A stretch of DNA of 64,000 bases, taken from NCBI GenBank assembly GCA_050011565.1, contig JBEKIW010000002.1, positions 32,001-96,000 on the forward strand, written 5' to 3'. The DNA comes from Dehalococcoidia bacterium (lineage in GTDB: Bacteria; Chloroflexota; Dehalococcoidia; GIF9; UBA5629). Below are positions 56,738 through 64,000 of this stretch, piece after piece. The notes beneath the pieces are model-generated. The model did not search any database. It saw nothing but the letters and a program-made list of their open reading frames with translations, and was not told the origin of the DNA. Numbering within the stretch: the first letter of the stretch is position 1; every line of letters begins with the position of its first letter. The position numbers and the translations under genes are program-made.

Positions 56738-58168
56738 TCATTCCTGTTTTGGGAAGCTGACTTGCTTAATTTGCTCGATGACCGACTTAGGGTGAACCCA
56801 GTTGTACAACATTTCATGAAGCAATCCTTCCCCCAAAAACGGTCCTTCATCAAATATTGTGCTAGAATCACTGAGGGAATGGCGTATGAAATGTCCGTCG
56901 AAGTCGACACATCCTTTGCCGATACCACGCGCCTTGAGACGATTCGTTTCCTTCGTACTTGTCAAATCTGCTTTTAATCCATTTTCATTGCAAAGAGCAA
57001 CAAATCTTTGAGGGTTGAAACAGAGCCTAATAATCTTCCTACAGAATAATAAATCCATAAGAGATTGGTTAGGAATTTGTCGCAGTATTATCGGGTACAA
57101 AATCACCGAGCTAAATCCTTCTCTCCAGTCACTTAGTTTAATAGTATCTAGAATCACATGTAGATCTTTCGGATATGGTGCCCGATAAAGTGTTGAAGGA
57201 TTGATGAAAGAATGGTAAGCATATAGGCGCAAATCGTATTCGCCAAGCATCAGCATTTCCTTATCTTCTGCATTAATAGCGCCTAGTGCCAAGCAATTAT
57301 CTATTTGATCGACTGCGAATTCCTTTCTCTCAGACTTGTCTAGAAGTTCGACTACTTTATCAGAGAAATGTTGAATCTTGGCTTCATTGGCTAAGATTAA
57401 TAAGTCCGTTTGCGGATTCGATGGGTTCTCATGGATTCCAGGAACGGCATTTATAAGCTTTTGGCTCTTCTCAAGCATTTTGCGCTGTCGAAAGAAACGC
57501 TCCATTTGTTTGATTCCAGTCTTTCCATAGGTATCGAAGAATCTGAAATATGCATCCATTGTTCCAGATTCAATAGTTTCAAGCATTTCATCGTTTACTT
57601 TACCTGATTTAATTTCGATGCAAATAACTTTCAAAGTTTTATCATTCTCAAAGTAAGATAACTTAAGAACATCGCAAATAGGTGAGAAAGAACAAAAGTC
57701 TAATGGAATAGCAATTACATTTGGATCTTCATTTAATTGGTTAACGTATATTAATACAGATTGAATATTTTGATGAGTTATATTCCCGAACTTTGGACCT
57801 TTGAATATCTTTTTGACATTACTTCTATCCATTCCAACAGCTAACCAAACGAGGGCGTTATATGATACCTCTAGAAGATATTTCCAGTATTCCAGTTTTA
57901 CAGTTTGATTCTTTCCGGAATCAGGAACGCCTGTAACGTTTATTTGTGTGATAAGGTTTTCAATGCGCAGGATTCCATCAACTAAAATTTTCAAAGCAGT
58001 CTTATGGGCTTTAAAACATTCCCTCATAAAATCGGGATAATTTTTATGTATCTTCTCTAATGTCGAGTATTTAGGAATATCGGTGACACTTCTTGTGAAT
58101 AGCCGCCTACATTCAAGGAGATCATTTTGAATTGAATTTTCGATTGCCTTATAATCAATTTTCGCCAT
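56738..58168 (-). CDS. AT-rich hypothetical protein with a candidate PD-(D/E)xK nuclease motif
   Basis: 476-aa open ORF, visibly more AT-rich than its neighbours; ICDVLKL...VICIEIKSG. Confidence 0.65.
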   Translation of the reverse strand: MAKIDYKAIENSIQNDLLECRRLFTRSVTDIPKYSTLEKIHKNYPDFMRECFKAHKTALKILVDGILRIENLITQINVTGVPDSGKNQTVKLEYWKYLLEVSYNALVWLAVGMDRSNVKKIFKGPKFGNITHQNIQSVLIYVNQLNEDPNVIAIPLDFCSFSPICDVLKLSYFENDKTLKVICIEIKSGKVNDEMLETIESGTMDAYFRFFDTYGKTGIKQMERFFRQRKMLEKSQKLINAVPGIHENPSNPQTDLLILANEAKIQHFSDKVVELLDKSERKEFAVDQIDNCLALGAINAEDKEMLMLGEYDLRLYAYHSFINPSTLYRAPYPKDLHVILDTIKLSDWREGFSSVILYPIILRQIPNQSLMDLLFCRKIIRLCFNPQRFVALCNENGLKADLTSTKETNRLKARGIGKGCVDFDGHFIRHSLSDSSTIFDEGPFLGEGLLHEMLYNWVHPKSVIEQIKQVSFPKQE

Positions 58169-58278
58169 TTGCGTTCTCTATACACGAGCGACTTTAATTG
58201 CTCTTATCTCAGTTAAATGTTAGCTTTTGAAGTGAATAAATTAATGCTTATATGCATTTCCTACGCAGTCAGTTTCAA

Positions 58279-59565
58279 CTACAAAGAATTGAAAGCTTTC
58301 CAGTTGGCATCGATTGTCGACTGAATGTCATCATTAGTGTGAGCCGTGGAAACAAAGGCGGCTTCGAACTGGGAGGGCGGTAAATATACGCCCTGCGACA
58401 GCATGTGGTGGAAGAATCTGGCATAAAGCTTGGTGTCCGCCCTGGTGGCAGTTTCGTAGTCGGTGACCGGGTCTATGGCGAAGAATACGGTGAACATCGA
58501 GCCGATTCGAGCCAGCTGTATATCCACCCCGGCTTTATTTGCCGCTTCCGTGATGCCTTTCTCAAGAAGCGACGTTTTTCTCTCAAGCTCCCTGTAAGCG
58601 CTTGATTCCTTCAAAATGGTAATGGTCTCGATGCCGGCGCTCATGGCTAACGGATTTCCGGCGAGTGTCCCCGCCTGATAGACCGGCCCTGAAGGCGCCA
58701 TCATCTGCATAATATCTCTGCGTCCGCCATAGGCTCCTACAGGCAACCCGCCACCTATAATCTTACCCAGGCAGGTCAAGTCCGGAGATATGTTATACAG
58801 GCTTTGGGCACCGCCGTAAGCCACCCGAAAACCGGTTATAACCTCATCAAAAATGAGCAGCGCTCCGGACTGGCGAGTCAAACTGCGGAGGTGTTCCAGG
58901 AACCCGGGCTGCGGCAAGACGACACCCATGTTGCCGGCTATAGGCTCGACTATGACAGCAGCAATGTCGGAGGCGAAATCCTTAAAAAGCTGCTCTACCG
59001 CCTCCAGATTATTGTAAGGGGCGACAAGAGTATCGGCGGTTACGGCTGCGGGCACGCCAGGAGAGCTGGGTATGCCCAGGGTGGCCATTCCCGACCCTGC
59101 CTTAGCCAGCAATCCGTCCGAATGGCCGTGATAGCAGCCGGCGAATTTCAGCACCTTGTTTCTGCCAGTAAAGGCGCGAGCCAGCCTGATGGCGCTCATG
59201 ATGGCTTCTGTGCCAGAGTTAACGAAGCGTACCATCTGGATGGACGGCATGGCCTCACTGATTAGCTTTGCCAGGGTCGTTTCCAGTTGAGTCGGCGCTC
59301 CGAAGCTGGAGCCATGCTCCACCGCCTTTTCGATGGCTTTTACCACGCGTGGATGAGCATGTCCCAGTATGAGGGGCCCCCAGGAGCCGACGTAATCTAT
59401 GAATTCATTGCCGTCCTCATCATACAGTCTGGAGCCTTTACCTCGTTTGATGAAAAGCGGCGTACCGCCAACCGCCTTGAAGGCGCGCACCGGGCTGTCG
59501 ACGCCTCCCGGCAGATAGCGCTGGGCTTGTTTAAACAGGCGTTTGGAGCGGTTGATATTTTTCAT
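58279..59565 (-). CDS. hemL: Glutamate-1-semialdehyde 2,1-aminomutase
   Basis: [51 protein letters not shown]. Confidence 0.97.
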   Translation of the reverse strand: MKNINRSKRLFKQAQRYLPGGVDSPVRAFKAVGGTPLFIKRGKGSRLYDEDGNEFIDYVGSWGPLILGHAHPRVVKAIEKAVEHGSSFGAPTQLETTLAKLISEAMPSIQMVRFVNSGTEAIMSAIRLARAFTGRNKVLKFAGCYHGHSDGLLAKAGSGMATLGIPSSPGVPAAVTADTLVAPYNNLEAVEQLFKDFASDIAAVIVEPIAGNMGVVLPQPGFLEHLRSLTRQSGALLIFDEVITGFRVAYGGAQSLYNISPDLTCLGKIIGGGLPVGAYGGRRDIMQMMAPSGPVYQAGTLAGNPLAMSAGIETITILKESSAYRELERKTSLLEKGITEAANKAGVDIQLARIGSMFTVFFAIDPVTDYETATRADTKLYARFFHHMLSQGVYLPPSQFEAAFVSTAHTNDDIQSTIDANWKAFNSL

Positions 59566-59591
59566 AACTTTATTTTAGATTAGTATTCTAT

Positions 59592-59631
59592 TTTCACCCT
59601 CACCCCAGCCCTCTCCCATCAAGGGAGAGGG
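59592..59631 (+). repeat. CCCTCACCC-type REP-like hairpin, copy 1
   Basis: CCCTCTCCC-ATCAA-GGGAGAGGG stem; 37/40 identical to 62349-62388. Confidence 0.85.
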
Positions 59632-59658
59632 AACGGAAATAAAATCAAAGATTAAAGG

Positions 59659-60630
59659 TTACAGCCAGCGGGCGGCCTCTTTGGCGTAATAGGTTATGAT
59701 GATATCGGCCCCGGCTCTCTTGATGGCGGTGAGCATTTCCAGGACGATTCTCTTCTCATCCAGCCAGCCTTGCTGTGCCGCTGCCTTCACCATGGCATAT
59801 TCGCCGCTGACACTATAGGCAGCTAAAGGATGATTGAAGGTATCACGCACCTTGCTGATTACATCCAGATAAGGCAGGGCGGGTTTGACCATGACGATGT
59901 CCGCCCCCTCGGCGATATCCTGCTCCACCTCTCTTAAAGCCTCCCGCCAGTTTGGCGGGTCCATCTGATACGAGCGGCGGTCGCCGAACTGTGGCGCCGA
60001 CTCGGCGGCTTCACGAAAAGGCCCATAAAAGGCAGAGGCATACTTGGCGGCATAAGCCATAATAGGTATATTTTGAAACCCGCTTCCATCCAGCGCCTGC
60101 CGCATCGCCTTTACCCTGCCGTCCATCATATCCGAAGGAGCTACTATATCAGCGCCAGCTTCCGCGTACGACAAAGCCGTTCTGGCAAGTACTTCCAGAG
60201 TTTTGTCATTATCGACATCGCCATCAACGACAACACCGCAGTGGCCGTGGCTGGTATATTCGCAGAGGCAGACGTCGGTGATTACAAGCAGCTCCGGGGT
60301 CGCCTTTTTAATGGCTCGTATTGCCTGCTGAATCACTCCTTTGGGGTGATAGGCTGAGGAGCCGACTTCGTCCTTCTTTTTGGGTACGCCGAACAGTATT
60401 ATCGCCGGAATGCCAAGTTTGGCGATGTCTTCTACTTCTTTCGGCAGCAGGTCGTTGGAAAAACGGTATTGTCCGGGCATTGAGGTTATTTTCTGTTTTA
60501 TCTTGCTGCCCTCGACAACAAAGAGTGGATATATCAGGTCGCCTACGTCGACTTTGGTCTCTCGAATCAGCGCCCTCAGGGCTTCAGTGCGTCGGAGGCG
60601 TCTAAGACGCAGGTTTGGAAAACTATTCAA
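59659..60630 (-). CDS. hemB: Porphobilinogen synthase (Zn-type)
   Basis: [43 protein letters not shown]. Confidence 0.97.
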   Translation of the reverse strand: MNSFPNLRLRRLRRTEALRALIRETKVDVGDLIYPLFVVEGSKIKQKITSMPGQYRFSNDLLPKEVEDIAKLGIPAIILFGVPKKKDEVGSSAYHPKGVIQQAIRAIKKATPELLVITDVCLCEYTSHGHCGVVVDGDVDNDKTLEVLARTALSYAEAGADIVAPSDMMDGRVKAMRQALDGSGFQNIPIMAYAAKYASAFYGPFREAAESAPQFGDRRSYQMDPPNWREALREVEQDIAEGADIVMVKPALPYLDVISKVRDTFNHPLAAYSVSGEYAMVKAAAQQGWLDEKRIVLEMLTAIKRAGADIIITYYAKEAARWL

Positions 60631-62156
60631 CTTCGTTCCCCCTTTCCTTGGAAGTAACGTTCTACGGCTAATACCAGGCCGGGCATGGTGTGCTCCCTGG
60701 CCACTATATCAGCCTTCAATCCTTTGTCAGCCAGAGCCGCAGCGGTGTTCGGGCCGATGCAAGCCAGCCTGGATTGTTTTATAACCTCCCATTTTTGACC
60801 TATTATGTCCAGCAGGCCGTTCACTGTCGAGGCGCTGGTGAAGGTGATTACATCGATTTCGCCGCTGAAAAGCATCTGTTTTGCCTGCGAAATTGATTTG
60901 GTAACCGTGGCCGTCCTGTAGGCGGTTACCTGGTGAACTTTAGCTCCAAGCTTAATGAGCCCTTCGGATAATTCATTGCCGGCTATATCAGCCCGAGGCA
61001 GAAGTATTCGCCGTCCGGCGACATCCTGCTTGTTCAGCCCGGCGAGTAAACCCCGGCTGGTATATATCTTCGGGACGTAATCGGGACGCAGGCCTCTTGC
61101 CTCAAGGGCTCCAGCCGTAGCCGGTCCGATGGCTCCAATTTTAGCGCCGCCGAACTTACGCGAATCCAGTTTCTTCGCCTTCAGTCTTTTCCAGAATATC
61201 TCCACAGCATTAACGCTGGTGAATACTACCCAGTGGTAGCTTTCCAGGTCCAGGATAGCCTGGTCAAGCTCCTTCCAGGTGCGCGGCGGGCTGATTTTTA
61301 TAACCGGCATTTCAACGGGCATGGCGCCACGTTCTGAGAGAAGCCGGCTCAGTTCTTTAGTCTGGTGCTCGGCCCTGGTTACCAGGATTCGCTTGCCGAA
61401 AAGAGGCAGGTTATCGAACCAGCGAATTTGCTCGCGGAGCTTGACCACTTCGCCGATTACTATCACCGCCGGTGGCTCGAATCCTTCTTTTTGAGCACGA
61501 CTGCCAATATCCTTCAGCGTACCGACCAGTGTGCGCTGCGCTGGACTGGTGCCCTGGCTTATGACCGCTACCGGAGTAGACGGAGGTCTGCCGTTCTGTA
61601 TCAATTGTGTGACTATCTGTTCCAGGTTACCCATCCCCATGAGAAAGACCAGCGTATCGCCGGCGGTGCTTATCCTGTCCCAGGCAATGCTCGACTCGTC
61701 TTTTTCCGGGTCTTCATGTCCGGTGATGACAGTGAATGAGGAAGTCAGGCGTCGGTGCGTCACCGGTATGCCGGCATAAGCCGGGACGGAATAGGCCGAT
61801 GAAACTCCGGGCACTACCTCGAAAGGGATATCGTTGGCAGCCAGTACTTCCGCCTCCTCGCCACCCCGTCCCAGGACGAAGGGGTCGCCGCCTTTAAGTC
61901 TGACAACTTTCTGGCCCTCCCGGGCTTTGTTTATCAGAAGCAGGTTTATCTCCTTCTGCTCCATGGCATGGCATCCGCGCCCCTTGCCCACATATATCTT
62001 CTCGCTGCCAGGAGTGGCCTCCCCAAGTAGACTGTCGTCGACCAGACGGTCGTAGATGATGACATCGGCTTCCCTTATACATTCCAGCCCCTTCACCGTA
62101 ATCAGACCCGGGTCACCGGGGCCGGCGCCCACCAGATAGACCTTGCCATGTTTCAT
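60627..62156 (-). CDS. cobA: Uroporphyrinogen-III C-methyltransferase / uroporphyrinogen-III synthase fusion (CobA-HemD)
   Basis: [22 protein letters not shown], then ILVTR, FTSVNAV, IGPATA, FTSASTV. Confidence 0.95.
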   Translation of the reverse strand: MKHGKVYLVGAGPGDPGLITVKGLECIREADVIIYDRLVDDSLLGEATPGSEKIYVGKGRGCHAMEQKEINLLLINKAREGQKVVRLKGGDPFVLGRGGEEAEVLAANDIPFEVVPGVSSAYSVPAYAGIPVTHRRLTSSFTVITGHEDPEKDESSIAWDRISTAGDTLVFLMGMGNLEQIVTQLIQNGRPPSTPVAVISQGTSPAQRTLVGTLKDIGSRAQKEGFEPPAVIVIGEVVKLREQIRWFDNLPLFGKRILVTRAEHQTKELSRLLSERGAMPVEMPVIKISPPRTWKELDQAILDLESYHWVVFTSVNAVEIFWKRLKAKKLDSRKFGGAKIGAIGPATAGALEARGLRPDYVPKIYTSRGLLAGLNKQDVAGRRILLPRADIAGNELSEGLIKLGAKVHQVTAYRTATVTKSISQAKQMLFSGEIDVITFTSASTVNGLLDIIGQKWEVIKQSRLACIGPNTAAALADKGLKADIVAREHTMPGLVLAVERYFQGKGERS

Positions 62157-62228
62157 TTACGTTTAGCTATTCTACCATATCACCTTTCTGGCTCACAGAC
62201 AGACACGATTGGAGCAGTAGCCACGACG

Positions 62229-62343
62229 GTCACCCGTAGGCGGGTGACACGTAGGTAAAAATGTATACATGTAGCTTTGCCGCTCATTCTGAGCTTGTCG
62301 AAGAATATACCCCTGCTCAGGATAAACTCCGCGTGGCAATTTC
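62229..62343. repeat. Mosaic of decayed palindromic repeat fragments
   Basis: GTCACCCG-TAGG-CGGGTGAC hairpin; TATACATGTAGC shared with 48819-48830; CTGAGC...GCTCAG pairing; GCGTGGCAAT fragment of the 77-bp family. Confidence 0.55.
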
Positions 62344-62348
62344 AAAGG

Positions 62349-62388
62349 TTTCACCCTCACCCTAACCCTCTCCCGTCAAGGGAGAGGG
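62349..62388 (+). repeat. CCCTCACCC-type REP-like hairpin, copy 2
   Basis: CCCTCTCCC-GTCAA-GGGAGAGGG stem; 37/40 identical to 59592-59631. Confidence 0.85.
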
Positions 62389-62469
62389 GAATAGAACCTG
62401 AGAATTAAGGTCGCTGCCAGGTTTTTCCGAGGCAAGCTTTTATGATAAAGTGTATAGCCGAAATCGAGA

Positions 62470-63636
62470 TTGAAAAACTCATTAGCATATACTCTTATAA
62501 CGTTGTACATCGTAGCCTTCGTCGGCTACGCCGGTTTCAGCTTTATGTTTCCGGTCATACCGCTCTATGCCGCGGACATCGGAGCGCCGGTATCCGAGGT
62601 CGGTGTTATAGTAGCCACGATGTCCTACGTCACGGCTATCTTTCTGATTCCGTTCGGTATGCTCTCAGACAAATTCGGTCGTCCAAAACTTTTGATTGGT
62701 GGCTTGATCATTTTCACTTTGACCCCGCTGCTCTACCCGCTGGCTCATAGCACCGGGCAGCTCATTCTGGTCAGGGCGATTCACGGCCTGGGTGCAGCAG
62801 CCTTCCTGCCCGCAGCCATCGCCCTGGTAGTGGACTTAACACCACCTAGCAGACGAGGCACGGCTATCGGCTGGTACACGGCATCGCTACAACTGGGACT
62901 GATGGCCGGACCTATAACCGGCGGCTTCCTGGCTGGCCGGTTCGGCTTCAATGCCGCCTTTTACGGCTGCGCCGCCATCTCATTCGTGGGTCTGGCTCTG
63001 GCCTTTTCTAGGCTCCGTGATATCGCACACGAGCCTGTGGCTACTCCAGAAGTAAATCTCTCACCGTGGAGCTGGCTGGGCCATCCACTGGCCATCGCCG
63101 TCATGCTGGCACCATTGCTGGTGGCTTTAGGCTCGGGCACCATCAGCAGCTATATTCCGCTTTACGGACAGCGGTTCGATTTGACCGAGGCCGATGCCGG
63201 CGCCATCATCACCTCCCTTTACGCCAGCTCAGCCTTGCTGCGGGCGCCCTCCGGCAGGTTGGCCGATAAAATAGACCGGAAGCTGCTGCTCGGCTGTGGC
63301 GTGGGCATAAGCGCCGTAGCCGTTTCGCTTTTCCCCTTCTTTCACGGCCTGGCACAGTTTATCGTTATCGGCATCATCTTCGGTATCGGCATGGGCCTGG
63401 CTATGCCAGCCAGCCTGGCCATGGCCGCCGATTTTTCGTCAGCTAGCGGTAGAGCCTTATCCATGGCCATACCCACCTGCTCCTTTAATATCGGCTTGGC
63501 CATGGGACCTACCATCATGGGATTTGTGGCCAACGCCAGAGGTTATGAGACCATGTTCCTGTCCTGTGCCGCCAGCCTGGCCTTAGGTCTAATCATCATG
63601 CTCGGCTTGATGCGAGCTCAAAGGGTGCCGGCATGA
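62470..63636 (+). CDS. Major facilitator superfamily transporter
   Basis: About 12 TM helices, G.LSDKFGR motif A, RAIHGLG, GRLADKIDRK. Confidence 0.93.
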   Translation: MKNSLAYTLITLYIVAFVGYAGFSFMFPVIPLYAADIGAPVSEVGVIVATMSYVTAIFLIPFGMLSDKFGRPKLLIGGLIIFTLTPLLYPLAHSTGQLILVRAIHGLGAAAFLPAAIALVVDLTPPSRRGTAIGWYTASLQLGLMAGPITGGFLAGRFGFNAAFYGCAAISFVGLALAFSRLRDIAHEPVATPEVNLSPWSWLGHPLAIAVMLAPLLVALGSGTISSYIPLYGQRFDLTEADAGAIITSLYASSALLRAPSGRLADKIDRKLLLGCGVGISAVAVSLFPFFHGLAQFIVIGIIFGIGMGLAMPASLAMAADFSSASGRALSMAIPTCSFNIGLAMGPTIMGFVANARGYETMFLSCAASLALGLIIMLGLMRAQRVPA

Positions 63637-64000
63637 AGGTGGTGCTACATATATGCTGCGGCGTTTGTGCTGCCGGCGCAGCGGAAGCGCTGAACAGAGA
63701 GGGACATCAGGTCATCGGCTTTTTCTACAATCCTAATATTCACCCCTCGGAAGAGTACCAAAAAAGACTGGATGTCGCCGCCAAAGTAGCTAAACAGTTG
63801 AATTTCCCGTTGGAAGCCGGGCCTTACACGCCGGAAGAATGGTTTAACCTGACCGGTTCCTTGAAGGACGAACCTGAAGGCGGCAGGAGATGCCAGGTCT
63901 GCTACAGGCTGCGTCTGGAAAAGACCTACGACTACATGGTGGCTTGCGGTGCCGATGCCTTCACCACCACGCTGACAATCAGCCCCCACAAGTCGGCACA
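63633..64000 (+). CDS. queH: Epoxyqueuosine reductase QueH, 3' end runs off the window edge
   Basis: Not in ORF track. MKVVLHICCGVC...FFYNPNIHPSEEY.KR...EPEGGRRCQVCY.LRL...FTTTLTISPHK; ATGA overlap with the MFS stop. Confidence 0.92.
   Translation, partial: MKVVLHICCGVCAAGAAEALNREGHQVIGFFYNPNIHPSEEYQKRLDVAAKVAKQLNFPLEAGPYTPEEWFNLTGSLKDEPEGGRRCQVCYRLRLEKTYDYMVACGADAFTTTLTISPHKSA

Noticed and set aside
63645-63989. 114-aa minus-strand ORF
   Set aside because: Antisense to queH, which has clear motifs on the plus strand.

Overview
Gene-dense 64-kb chromosomal segment of an anaerobic bacterium. Gene content (PAC2-family, SWIM-finger, Grx/FTR pair, LexA type, kdp, lysS-serS) suggests Chloroflexota, probably Dehalococcoidia; this is inference. 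Most of it is housekeeping or metabolic: kdpFABC with a kinase-less kdpD, a long minus-strand sulfur/Fe-S/Moco run (Rrf2-cysK-metB, thrC-like-NIL-iscS-AIR-synthase-like, MOSC-fdhD-nadA-cutA), relA, rpsT, lexA, dinB, pyrF, folC, tldD-pmbA, speDE, greA-lysS-serS, tRNA-Ser(UGA), sucCD-pabBAC, hemL-hemB-cobA/hemD and queH. No integrase, transposase, prophage or CRISPR array is visible. Five genes missing from the ORF track were read by hand: an EEP nuclease, kdpF, a 27-aa kdp leader peptide, a 51-aa Cys peptide and queH. The best candidates for undescribed systems are: (i) two paralogous single-pass membrane proteins joining cytoplasmic zinc ribbons to external Fn3 stalks tipped by TlpA-type CxxC thioredoxin domains, plus a soluble zinc-ribbon partner (44538-48808); (ii) a Cys-loaded MacB-type ABC module with two Cys-rich lipoproteins and an OmpR/PhoB-like promoter (15454-18681); (iii) an 18-Cys secreted orphan with its own promoter and terminator (38863-39579); (iv) a TldD-PmbA-PAC2-HEAT-GNAT operon; (v) an AT-rich PD-(D/E)xK-like orphan. 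All family calls come from motif recognition by eye; no database searches were run.
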